Positions 52,535 through 64,000 of a stretch of DNA of 64,000 bases are shown here, piece by piece. Positions within the stretch are counted from its first letter, which is position 1. Each line of letters opens with the position of its first letter. Location of the stretch: NCBI RefSeq assembly GCF_963921235.1, contig NC_086097.1, positions 247,010,001 through 247,074,000 of the forward strand, given 5' to 3'. This DNA is from Mobula hypostoma. Taxonomy: Eukaryota. A program made the translations under genes and the position numbers. The notes under the pieces were generated by a model, which was not told the DNA's origin, ran no database searches, and saw nothing but the letters and a program-made list of their open reading frames with translations.

Positions 52535-52880
52535 GTGAGGACCACAACCTCATCACGGTTTGGAGGCTCGTGTGCCTCCATGACCCAGAGAGCTATGTTG
52601 GCTGGAGTCAGGGCTTTATGCTTTGGCTCTTGGTAGGGTCACCCATGCCAAACAGGTCAAAGGGTAGAGGCCAGACTAAGAGTGGTCCACTGATCCTTCA
52701 GGTTCAGAGATGCAGCTCAGACATAATAACCCTGACTAGTCCAAAAAAATTGTTACGGAAACAGCAGTTAAGAACCTTTTATATTTGTGCAACAGTATGG
52801 ACAAACAGATGGAGGAACTTCATTGTTGCCCTAAACACCAGTGATATAATAGGCAGTAATGTAACAGAACTGTACGCAAT
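52535..52880 (+). mobile_element. RTE/Expander-type 5' module (non-autonomous element)
   Basis: gaggc..gtgcctc.atgaccc..gagctatg...ggtagggtcacccatgccaaacaggtc...ccagactaagagtggtcc; minus-strand copy at about 33675-33960. Confidence 0.65.
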
Positions 52881-54053
52881 CCTCTAGTTTTATTAAGCTG
52901 TAACTTTTAACGTACTCCAAGACTAATCTCACCCTTCCCTGAGACACATAACTCTCCATTCTATCATCGTTGTGTCTATCTAAAAGTTTCTAAGCTGTCC
53001 CTAATGGATACATGTACCTCCACCACCATCCCTGGAAGGGCATTCCAGGCACCTACCACTCTGTGTAAAGAACTTGCCCTCTGGCATTGCCCTATACTTT
53101 CCTCCAATCACCTTAAAGTTATGCCTCCTGGTATTAGCCATTTCTTCCTCGAGAAAGGAAATCCACTCTATCCATGCCTCATCAGTATAGATGTCTCTGA
53201 GCCTCTATCTATGCAGCTTTTCCTCAAGGCACGAACGGATATATCCCTGGATAACATGAAGTGATTGAATTGGTAGTATAAATATATTCAAAAAAGAAAT
53301 CCTGATCGGCACAAGTATGGGAATAAAGAATACATTGAAGAGTACAATGAGGATTGAGTGAGGAAATGTTGATGTGAGGAGCTCTATAAACCCTGGTTCG
53401 ACCACACTTGGGAGTGTTCATTTCTGGTTGCCTCATTAAGGGAAGCTTTAGACAGGGTGCAGAAGAGATTTATCAGGATGCAGGCTGGATTTAGAGAGCT
53501 AGGGCTTCTCTTTGGAGTGAAGAAGGGTGACTTGATAAGAGGTGCACAAGATGATAAGAGGCATAGATCAAGTGGACAGCCAGAGACTTTTATCTCCTAG
53601 CTAATATGAGGGGGCATAATTTTGGAGGAAAGTAAGATGGAGAGGATGTCAAAGGTAAGTTTTTCTTTTTACACCAAGGGTGATGAGTGCAATGAATGCC
53701 CTGCTGGGGGTGGTGGTAGAGGCAGATACATTAGGGGCATTTAGGAAACTCTTAGATAGGCACATGGATGATAGAAAAACCAGAGGGCTATGTAGAAGGG
53801 AAGGGTTAGATTGATCTTAGAGTTGGTTAAAATGTCAGCACAACATTGTGGGCTACCGAGACTGTACTGTGGTGTTTGTTCTGTGTAAAACAGGAAGAAA
53901 GAAAACTCATGTTCAGCAAGAAAGTTCTGCAAAATGGTCATTGTCTGTGCACTTGGTAAAGATACACTGTCCTGTGAGTAAGTGGACTACAGAATCACAA
54001 AGAAAAGCCATAGCAGTCTGGAAACTGCGTTGTATACCCCTCGATGCACTCAC

Positions 54054-54175
54054 CTCAGAAGCCCTCGCATCTGTCCAGGGATCAACATCTTCTTCACACC
54101 TTCCTGGTAGCCTTTATTGAAACCGTGCTGTAACGTAGATTCTCTGCCAGCATTGAGCCCGTCCCGATAGCCTTC
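54054..54175 (-). CDS. YAE1: YAE1 (Yae1 domain protein, ABCE1 maturation factor) internal coding exon, likely exon 2
   Basis: Acceptor tgtttatttctag| and donor |gtgagt on the minus strand; 122 nt. Translates EGYRDGLNAGRESTLQHGFNKGYQEGVKKMLIPGQMRGLL(S), which matches the GX3-repeat Yae1_N region of vertebrate YAE1 (human EGYRDGIDAGKAVTLQQGFNQGY...GRLRGTLS, from memory). Missed by the ORF track. Confidence 0.95.
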
Positions 54176-54649
54176 CTAGAAATAAACAGTTAAAAGTAAT
54201 CACTGAATCAAAGCTGGCTATCTGCATTTGATGGCGTGGCAATGCACATTCAACTTACAAATGCTCTGCCTAACAATCATATTTTTAAAAAGCGAATTCC
54301 TGCTCGGAGAAGGAAGACATAATTACTATATTGTTGGATTAATGAGAGAGGACTGGATAAGGAATCAGAAAACTCAGGGCAGCAAGGTAGCGTAACACTA
54401 CAGCAGTGCCACTGGCCCAGGTTCAGATTCCCTCCACAGTCACGTTCTCCCCATGACCGCATGGGCTTCTTCCAGCTGCTCTGGGTTCCTCCCACATTCC
54501 GAAGAGGAATGGGATAGGGTTAGTAAGTTGTGGGCATGCTGTGTTGGCTCCAGTGTCCTACATTCCAAAAGATGCAAGGTTAGTGTTATGAGTTGTTGGC
54601 TCCCACAATCCAGACATATGGCTTTAAAAGCACAGAAGGGACAAACGGG

Positions 54650-55780
54650 GCAGCCACTGTTGGGAATAGGCTGGTGGTGAGAGCAGGAGTGTCAGGTTTT
54701 GGCTCAAAGGAGGCTTCAGCTTGAAAGAGGCTTTGGCTCCGGGTAAGCTACTGTTAAGGTTCCCTTTTCTCCCCCCCTCTCACTGTACCTAGTGTAGTAC
54801 ATGGCTGTTGTGTATTCTTCCTGTTGGATGTTGGAGTCCTGGGAGACCAAGAGTCTCCCAGGGAACTACATCTGTGTAAAGTGCATCCAGCTGCAGCTCC
54901 TTGAAGACCATGTTAGGGATCTGGAGCAGCAGCTGGATGAGAGACAGACAGAAAGACAGACAGAGAATAATTGATCACAGTTACAGGGAAGTAGTCACCC
55001 CAAGGTTGTAGGAGACGAGTAACAGGGTGACTGTCAGGAGAAATGGAAATGTGAATAGGCAGTTAGCACAGAGCAATCCTGTGGCCATTTCCCTCAATAA
55101 CAAGTACACCATTTTGGATACTGCAGTGAGGGATGAGCTCCCAGGGGAATGCCATGGAGACCGGGTTACTGGCTCTGAGCATGGGTCTGTGGTGCAGAAG
55201 GGAGAGAGGCAGAAGAGGGGAGTGGTAGTGATAGGGGACTGATTAGTTAGGGGAGCAGGGAGGAGACGCTGAGGATGTGAATGGGACACCTGAATGGTAT
55301 CTTGTCTCTAAGGTGCCAGGGACAGGGGCGTCTCAGATCGCATCCACAGCATTTTGGAGAGGGAGGGAAAGCAGCGTTATATCTTGGTACATATCGGTAC
55401 CGATGGCTTAGGAAGGAAAAGCAATGAGGTCCTGGAAAGAGAATTTATAGAGCTAGGTAGAAAGCTGAGAAGGACCTCCAGGGTAGTAATTTCTGCGATT
55501 GCTGCCTGTGCACGGCACCAGTGAGGGTAGAAACAAGATTAAATTAAACAAGGCAAATTAATGCATGGCTGAGAAGCTTTCGCAGAGGACAGGGCTTCAA
55601 GTTCTTGGATCATCGGGATCTCCTCTGAGGGAAGTCTGACCTGTTCAAAAGTGATGGGTTGCACCTGAACCAAGGGGGACCAATATTTACGTGGGCAGGT
55701 ATGTTAGAGCTTTTGGAAGGGTTTAAATCAATTTGGCAGGGGGTTGGGAAATGGAGTGAACAGACTCAGGATAGCTTCAT
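54650..55780 (+). mobile_element. Decayed CR1 5' region (ORF1 zinc-finger/esterase)
   Basis: ISLNNKYTILDT...VVVIGD, HIGTD and DGLHLN remnants with stop codons. Confidence 0.8.
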
Positions 55781-55841
55781 CAGTGGAAAAAGCCTGCTTA
55801 CATTTACCCTATCTTTACCCGTCTATTTTGTATATTTCTGT

Positions 55842-56395
55842 TATAACACGCTGTACGGTTTCACTGCTAATGTAATGGCTTCTCTGCAATGTTCCACTGC
55901 TGAGGTAATGGTTTCTGTGTAGCAGCAATGTTTGGGTTATGACTAGAGTAAGACGTTGTTCTTTCTTGTGTGTCTGGGAGCCAAGAATTCATGGCCTTCT
56001 TCCGGGGAGAGATGAGGAGAGAAGATGCGAATGGAGAGAGTTGATAGACCGCCGGATGAAGTGGACTTGAAGCGAGGGTCCGAAGGTCAGCGACGATCGG
56101 AGGAGGTCGATGGTGGACGAGTGGCCTTATCAGTGAGCTCCAACGTTGCACATTAGATTGTTTCATGAGAATGGGCCCCTTTTCTTTTTGTTTTCTTTAC
56201 TAACCATACAGTCAAATTAAGAATTATAAGCTCAATTGTTTAATTGCATGTTGTGTACTATTTGTTATTTTGGGGTACTGATTTGTAACAGAAAACACAT
56301 CACGCAGCATCCACCCAAATGAGATTTCTTAAGTTTGGCCGGGCCGGGGGGCTATCATCTCCTATATTAAGCCGCTAGCCGAAGCGAGAGTGATA
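55842..56395 (+). mobile_element. Probable solo LTR
   Basis: Ends tataac...gtgata (imperfect tgtaac/gttaca) flanked by ctgt on both sides; locally CpG-richer than its flanks. Confidence 0.45.
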
Positions 56396-57909
56396 CTGTC
56401 AAATCTCCTCTCATTTTCCTACACTCCAGGGAATAAAGTTCTAACCTATTCAACCTTTCCCTAGAACTTAGTTCCTCAAGTCATAACAACTGGAGTTTGT
56501 TCGTTATGTACCATGTCATATGACATAGGTGATCACGGTCTTTCCATCATGATTGTTCTTGGCAAACTTTTCTACAGAAGTAGTTTACCATTGCCTTCTG
56601 GGAGTGTCTTTAGAAGACAGGTGACCCCAGCCATTATCAATACTCTTCAGATTGTCTGCCTGGCATTAATGGTCGCACCACCAGGACTTGTGATATGTAC
56701 CAGATGCTCAACGACCATCCACCACCTGCTCCCGTGGCTTCATGTGACCCTGATCAGAGAGGCTAAGCAGGTGCTACACCTCGCCCAAGGGGGACCTGCA
56801 CGCTAGCAGATGGAAGGAGCACCTTACACCTCCTCTGGTAGACTTACTTCCACCCTGCCATCCAGAATTTTATACACCTCTATCGAATCACCCTTCATTC
56901 TCCTACACTTCAGAGAATAAAGTCCTAACCTATTCAACCTTTCCCTAGAACTTAGTTCCTCAAGCTTCGACATCATAAATTTTCTCCGTACTCTTTCAAT
57001 CTTATCAATGTTAACATATGCTGTGAAATTTGATCTCTTGCAGCAGTACAAGACAGAAAGGTTACCAGAAGTTATAATTAAAATAAGTTATGAAAAAGAC
57101 GAAGAGTGAGGTAATGGTCCATGGACCATTACCTGTTCCTCCGAAATAGGGTGTGCACCTTCAGGTTCCTGTACCACCTCTGTGATGGTAGCAATAAGAG
57201 GGCATGTCCTGGGTGGTGAAGGTAATTTATGATGGATCTGTCCATTGGGGGCCTCACCTTACCATCAAGGACATCTTCAAAAGGATTCCAATGCCCATGA
57301 TGGAGCTGGCCGAGACTACACCTCTCTGCAGCCTTTATCAATCCTCTGCATTGGATCCTCCTTACGTTGTTCCAGACAGGAGGGCCCAGGATTCTTCAGT
57401 CAGTGAGCACCGGCAACAGCCCTCTGAACTTAATGAGTTACTTGAAAGCGAGAATTTCCATAAAGCACTGGATTCCTTTTTCAAAGAGCCAAACCGGTTC
57501 TGCCGACACAAAGAGCTGTCTGCAACTGATTCCTCACATCAGTTGCAGACAGCATATCGTTTGGCAGTGGCAGCTCCAAGAACAGGGTTTGAATCCCGCT
57601 GCTGTCTGTAAGGAGTTTGTACGTTTCCTCCGTCTGTGCGAGTTTCCTCCGGGTGCTCTGGTTTCCTCCCACATTCCAAAGACGTACAGCTTAAAGCTAG
57701 TGAGCTGTGGGCGTGCTATATTTGGAGATATTTGTGGTCTGTGCAGCACAATCCTTGATAATTTAACACAAATGACACCTTTCACTTGGTGTTTCAATAT
57801 CATGTGACAAATAATAAAACTACTTTATCTTTTTGTTATTAAATAATTTCTGGTTTAAGATGGCAGTGGTGAAGCCCAGCGACAGCAAACAAAACAAAGA
57901 ATGCAACTA

Positions 57910-58066
57910 AACAACAGGAATTCTGCAGATGCTGGAAATTCAAGCAACACACATCAAAGTTGCTGGTGAACGCAGCAGGCCAGGCAGCATCTCTAGGAAG
58001 AGGTACAGTCGACTGTACCTCTTCCTAGAGATGCTGCCTGGCCTGCTGCGTTCACCAGCAACTTTG
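57910..58066. mobile_element. Penelope pseudo-LTR fold-back insertion with perfect palindrome
   Basis: 114-bp perfect palindrome at 57954-58067; exact 14-bp TSD aaagaatgcaacta at 57896-57909 and 58067-58080. Confidence 0.92.
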
Positions 58067-58639
58067 AAAGAATGCAACTACTTTATTAATACCACTTTTT
58101 CCGGTAAACAATCACCGCAAACAAATGGAGAAGCAAGCGAGGCAAGGCAGAGTCGAGGCCTATCCACCAATGCCGAGAGTAAGGAAAAACACTGAGGCTT
58201 GATCACTGGCCGATCTGGAAAGGTCAGGTACCGGCTGAAACGTGGTGGCAGAGCGTGAGCGAGGAAGGACCCGATGTTTGGATGATTTAAATGCTGGGCG
58301 ACATTAAAAAGCAAGGTGTCAGGAGCAGGAGCAAGGGTTGGGCCAGTCCTGCTTGCTGCTACTCGACACCTACTCAGCTCTGCGATGAACTGAGGCTGTG
58401 GCCTGCCTCAGGCTTCGTGTCTGTGAACTCACTTTCTCTCTGAATGCTACTTGATTACCTTTATTGTTTCGATGATTTGTTCCACCCTCGCCCCCGCACA
58501 CTGTGTTTGTGAACTTTTTTAAAAATGGGTTCTTTTGGGTTCCTTTATTTTGTAGCTGCCATAAGGAGACAAATTTCAAGGTTATATAATGTATAAATAT
58601 TTTGACAATAAATGTACTTTGATCGTTTAAAAAGTTCGA

Positions 58640-59270
58640 AGACAAGATGGAAACTTATTTCTTTTTAACTGACAAAACAGTAAATGAAAATTATGCAGAA
58701 AACATGTTGCTTTCTACGTGTGTACAGACCAATCCCATTTCTCTGTAAAGTGCAGCTGTCAGCATGTGACAATAGTGGAAAATAAGCTAGAACAATCAAA
58801 TGTGATTGATGTCTGGAGTGGAATACAGAAGCTTAGCTTTGCAGGCAGCTGACTCGTGATGCATTGTTTGCCAGTTAATTAGAACAGCTTGAGTGCTTTA
58901 ATCTTTAGGAGGTAGAAATCAGATGGCAAAGATAAACAAATGAAGTTATGCATGTGGGAAATGAAGATTTTGCCAACCTTGTGCAGCTCGAGAGAATTTA
59001 CTCTGCAGGCAATGTCGAATTCCAAAGAAGCAAAGGACATGAAGCACCAAAGAACTGCTAGTTCATTTAAAGCAGAATGGCTTAATGAGTCAGTAGAAAC
59101 TGCTACGCCAAAAGCTATCAACAAACTGGACTTGGGTAATTTATTATGCTTAGAATAGCTTTAGGTTTGCTTTCCACTTAAAAATTAGTGCACACATTGT
59201 CACTGGATAAAAAATTGCACGGCACAAGATTTTTGCGCACACTGGTCATGACAAGTTAGAGGGAACGTTG
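58640..59270 (+). mobile_element. Possible internally deleted hAT (Tip100-like) DNA transposon remnant
   Basis: Ends in ttagagggaacgttg, resembling hAT-Tip100 TIRs; short frame MSNSKEAK...SSFKAEWLNE like transposase N-termini. Left TIR not found, so the left boundary is approximate. Confidence 0.4.
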
Positions 59271-60179
59271 TTTATAGGCTGTTACACAGTAGTAAATTTA
59301 TAAGCCATCTCCAACGTTCAATAATGCAGCTAATGGCCTTGGTATAACAACATTAACAAATCTCCAGCTGACAGGAACATTTTCATTGGTTGGTAGATTG
59401 TAAAGGTGGCCCTCCAATTCCCATGAATAAACTACCAGGGACAAAATCCAATGCCTATTTAAAAGAAACAGTTAAAGTCTGTTGTTATATCCTCGAGCAC
59501 AAACAACTGGGGTCATGCATGGACATTTCTCTCAATAAGAACAGGGTAACAGCGCTCAACGTCAGTAAGACTAAGGGTAATTGCAGAACAAGTTTGCCAG
59601 GTAAGTTGTAGAAATAGTGCACAGGTTTATCATATCACCCCATGAATTTGAATATTCAAGAACCTGTTCACATACTGTTGCTGGGGGATGGATTTGCAGT
59701 TTTGCAGTTTACAATCATTTTTAAACCACAAAGTTATAGGAGCAGAGTTAAGCCATTTGGCCCATCGTCATTTCATCATGGCTGATCCATTTTCCCTCTC
59801 AACTTGTAATCTCCTGCCTTCTTCCCATATCCCTTCGTGCCCTGAATGATCAAAGATCTATCAACCTCTGCCTTAAATATACCTAATGACCAGGCCTCAT
59901 AGCCATGTGCAGCAACGAATTCCACAGATTCACTCTCTAGCTAAAGAAATTCCTCATCTTCATTCTAAATGGACATCCCTCTCTTCTGAGGATACGCCCT
60001 CTGGTCTTGGACTCCTCCACTTGCCCTGTTATCAGAGAACACGTACAGAAATAATGTACCCTCACCATGAGAGAGGGGCAGAGGCTACAGGGCTGCTGCC
60101 CACACCTACACCCAGTCCCAGCAGCTGCATTATTTAGCCTCTCAGACCATTAATAAAAGTAACGCCATTGCATCAACTA

Positions 60180-61208
60180 CAGTGGTGCTAGAAAGTTTGA
60201 AAACCCTGTAGAATTTTCTCTATTTCTGCATAAATATGACCTAAAATGTGATCAGATCTTCAAGCAAGTCCTAAAATGAGATAGAGAACCTGAACCCAAT
60301 TAAATAAACTCGAAAACATTATTTATTGAGAGAAGTCATTCAATATTACATGTATTTTTTGGAAAACATATGTGAACCTTTGCTTTCAGTAACTGGTGTG
60401 ACCCCCTTGTCCACAGAACATTGTCCCAGCACTGTGGAACATCTAGGTGGTCTTTTGCAAACTTGAGACACGCAGCAATTTTTTTTGGAGAGCAGTGGTT
60501 TCCTCCATGGTGTCCTTCCATGAACACCATTCTTGTTCAGTGGACATAAGAAAAGAGACTTTAGCAAGTTCAAGAGATTTCTGCAGGTCTTGCTGTTACC
60601 CTTGGGTTCTTTTGCACCTCACATTGCACATTGTGCTCTTGGTGTGATCTTGGCAGGACGCCCACTCCCAGGGAGAGTAGCAACAGACCCGAATTTCCTC
60701 CATTTGCAGACATTTTTTTTTAACTGTGGACTGATGAACACTCGGGTCTTCAGAAATGCTTTTGTAGCCTTTTCCAGCTTTGTGCATCTCCACAGCTCTT
60801 CAAAGGTCATCTGAAAGTTGTTTTGATTGATGCACGGTGCACAGAAACAAATCTTTCTCGAGAAGAACAGGCTCTGTCAGTAACTTGACTTCATATCTTT
60901 TTTTAAATATCGGGCAGGGCACCTCTACAACCGACATCTCCAATCTCATCTCATTGATTAGAACACTGGACTCCAAATAGCTTTTGTAGAAGGCATTACC
61001 CCAGAGGTTCACATACTTTCCAACAAATGCATGCAGTGTTGGATCATTTTTCTCAATAAATTAAGTAGTAAAATTTTTTTGTGGTTAATTTAATTGGGTT
61101 CTCTTTATTTAGTTTTAGGACTTGTGTGAAGACCTGATCACATTTTAGGTCACATTTATGCAGAAATAGAGAAAATTCTACAGGGTTCACAAACTTTCTA
61201 GCACTATG
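60180..61208 (-). mobile_element. Internally deleted Tc1-like transposon
   Basis: TA|cagtggtgctagaaagttt...aaactttctagcactatg|TA with long (>150 bp) TIRs. Transposase remnants HKAGKGYKSIS, SGRPAKITPR, GVHGRTPWRKPLLSKK and LKFAKDHL...WDNVLWT; the DDE domain is missing. Confidence 0.93.
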
Positions 61209-62289
61209 TACCTACCATGCTGACAAGAATTCTTTCAAATACTTACTGCAGGGCATCTTTTGTGCAAGTTTACCAAGAGACCCATTTACTTATTTCAATG
61301 TGGCCACAGATGAAGCAGTTATCGTAAAGCTTTAAAGCACCAGTGATTGGAAGGTGGCCGTTTGATTTCCAACCGCTGTCCATAAGCAGTTCGTATGCCT
61401 CTTTCCCACCCCGTGACTGGATGCATTTCCTCTGGGTGCTTTAGTTTAGGATTAGTAAATTGTGGGCTTAGCGACACTTGTGGGCAGCTCCCAGCACATC
61501 CTTGGACAATGTTGGTCGTTGACACAAATGACGCATTCACTATACGCTTTGATGTACATGTGACAAATAAAGCCAAACCTTTAATCTTTAGGCTAATCTT
61601 TAATGTTTCTTTTCCCATTTTTAAAAAACTTTGTATTTCAATTTCTGTCAATAAAACTGTACTACTCCAGAAACTATGTGGACGCTCTGATATCTGAAAC
61701 AATTTTTCAAAGTTCAGTGAACTTTATTATCAAAGTAGATATACGTCACCATATACAACCCTGAGATTCATTCCCTTGTGGAAATACTCAATTAATCTAT
61801 AAATAACCATAATAGAAGGACTGCCCAGAATGCCAAAAACAAACTGTGAAAATACAAAAAGAAATAATAATAAACAAGTAAGCAATATGTATCGAGAACA
61901 CGAGATGAAGAGTCCTTGAAAGTGAGGCTACAGGTTGTAGGATCATTTTAGTGATGGGGGCAAAGGAAGTTACCCCTACAGTTCAAGAGCTTGATGGTTG
62001 AGGGGTAATAACTGTTCCTGAACCCGGTGATACGAGTCGAGGCTCTGTACCTTCTTCCTGGTGGCAGCAACTAGACGACAGCATGACCTGAGTGATGGTG
62101 GGGATACCCAATGATGGATGCTGCTTTCCTGCAACAGCATTTCTTGTAGATGTGCTCAATGGATGGGAGGGCTTTACTCGTGAGGTACTGGACTGTCTCC
62201 AGTACTTTCTGTAGGATTTTCTATATCAGACTGCGATGCAGCCATATTCCACTACACATTTAGAGAATGTGATAACAGCAACAGTATAC

Positions 62290-63345
62290 CCAATTCAGGT
62301 TGCTGTTCATTGATTTCAGCTCAACACTCAATACCATCATCCCCTCAGTACTATTCAACAGGTTTCAACACCTGGGCCTCTGTACCTCCCTCTGCAACTG
62401 GATCCTTGACTTTATCGGGAGACCACATTTAGTGCAGATCAAAAATAACGTCTCCTCCTCGCTAATGATCAACACCGACACACCTCAGGGATACATGTGT
62501 AGTCCACTGATCTTCTCTATCTACACTCGGGACTGCGAGTGTGCAAAGCTCAAATGCCATCCATTAATTCGCCAATGGCAAAACTATTATTGGCAGAATC
62601 TCAAATGGTGATAGAGGCACAAAGGAGAGAGCAGATCAACTAGTTGAGCGGCGTCACAACTGCAACCTTGCACTCGGTGTCAGTACGACCAAGGAACTGA
62701 TTGCGGACTTCAGGAAGGGGAAGTTGGGAGGCGGGGGGAAAACACACACACACACACACATTCTCATCGAGGGATCTGCAGTGGAAAGGGGGGGGGCCAG
62801 TTTCAAGTTCCCGGGTGTCAACATCTCTGATGATCTATTCTGGACCCAACACATTCATACAATCATGAAGGAGGCACGCCAATGGCATGAGATTAATGAG
62901 ATTTAGCATGTCAACAAAGACTAAAGCAAATTTCTACCTTATGTACTGACTGGTTACATCAGTATTTGGTACAGGGGTCCAATCCACGGGATCAAGAAAA
63001 GCTACGGAGGGTTGCAGACTCAGCTACCCCCATCGCGGGCACAAAGCTCCTCACCATTAAGGGCATCTTCAAAAGATGGTACCGCAGGAAGGAGGCATCA
63101 TTCAGGACCCTCACCATCCAGAACATACCCTCTTCTCATCACCGGAGCCTGAGTATGCACTCATCATTCTAAGAGCAGCTTTTTCCTCCTCTGCCAGATT
63201 TCTGAGTGGTCCATGTTTTCCTCTTTTTGCACTATTTTTATACATTCCTTATTGTAAATTATTGTAATTTTTGTCTTGCATTGACCTGCTGCCGCAAAAC
63301 AACAAATTTACTTTGAACTTTGATATGGCAGTGCTAATAAAATGG
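62290..63345 (+). mobile_element. Decayed Rex1/Babar-type RT and 3' end
   Basis: LFIDFSSTLNTIIPS...LCNWILDF...PQG..SPL in ORF 62300..62611. Confidence 0.8.
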
Positions 63346-64000
63346 ATTCTCATTGTACATTTCTGAAAGGTATCAAGATGCAAGCAATTTTGCAAATTTT
63401 ATAAGTATAATTTCAAATAAATGTGTTATCGTATTTTAATTTGATTGCACTTAGAGATCAAAATGTAAACAAACTTTAGTTTACCAATGTAAGTTTAATA
63501 ACCAAAGTTCTTTGTTTTTGTCAAACTAAGACCACCCTGAATGTGAACCAAAATTGGATGCATTCACGGCAGGAACATCCCTGGAACATAGAAAATGGCG
63601 AGGAAAAATATTTATTGTTTGCTAAAATAGTACCTACTATAAACAAGTATGAAATAGGTAATTTCCTCAGGAGCAAGGGATAGAGGATGCTGTATAGCAC
63701 AAGATATCGAAGCAGAATTAGGCCATTTGGCCCATCAAGTCTGCTCCGCCATTCAATCATGGCTGAGCTACTTTTCTCCTCCTCAGTCCCACTCACCGGC
63801 CTTCTCTCCGTAACCATTCATGCCATGTCCAATCAAAAACTATCAGTCTCTGCCTTAAGTAAATCTAATGATCTGGCTTCCACAGCTGCCTGTGATAACA
63901 AATGCCACAAGTTCACCACCCTCTGGCTAAAGAAATTTCTCTGCACCTCTGTTTTAAATGGACACTCCTCTTTCCTGACGATGTGCCCTCTTGTCCTAGA

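Noticed and set aside
59390..59611. 73-codon ORF ending near a perfect cag|gtaagt donor
   Set aside because: No convincing acceptor or homology, and it is antisense to YAE1; likely chance.
54200..64000. YAE1 exon 1
   Set aside because: No segment encoding the expected acidic DVFDE..W..KRVK N-terminus and no CpG island found; probably beyond the window.
1..64000. CRISPR arrays, rRNA or prokaryotic operons
   Set aside because: No regularly spaced repeat-spacer array or rRNA-like sequence; the window is vertebrate intronic and intergenic DNA.

Overview
Eukaryotic, very repeat-rich vertebrate DNA. The mix of CR1, Rex1/Babar, RTE, Penelope, V-SINE and Tc1 repeats suggests a cartilaginous fish, probably a ray; this is an inference. 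The only confidently identified host gene is YAE1 on the minus strand. Its exon 2 lies at 54054-54175 and its terminal coding exon at 51572-52013; exon 1 was not found and is probably beyond 64000. A CpG island at about 9130-10060 has ETS-CRE, ETS, X-box-like and GC-box motifs and looks like a bidirectional promoter. It has a minus-strand non-coding first exon (RALA by synteny only) and a possible plus-strand ATG exon with a GC donor. Nearly all long ORFs in the track are decayed LINE reverse transcriptase or endonuclease fragments. The most interesting signals are in the RNA and transposon layer: (1) minimal hammerhead ribozymes in Penelope terminal repeats; (2) a perfect 114-bp palindrome centred exactly on the predicted hammerhead cleavage site; (3) a TSD-flanked tRNA-SINE with an imperfect HDV-like pseudoknot; (4) a covarying structured RNA module in RTE-type elements; (5) a composite transposon bounded by two ~65-bp MITEs with multi-level nesting. 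No new protein-based system is supported by the sequence.
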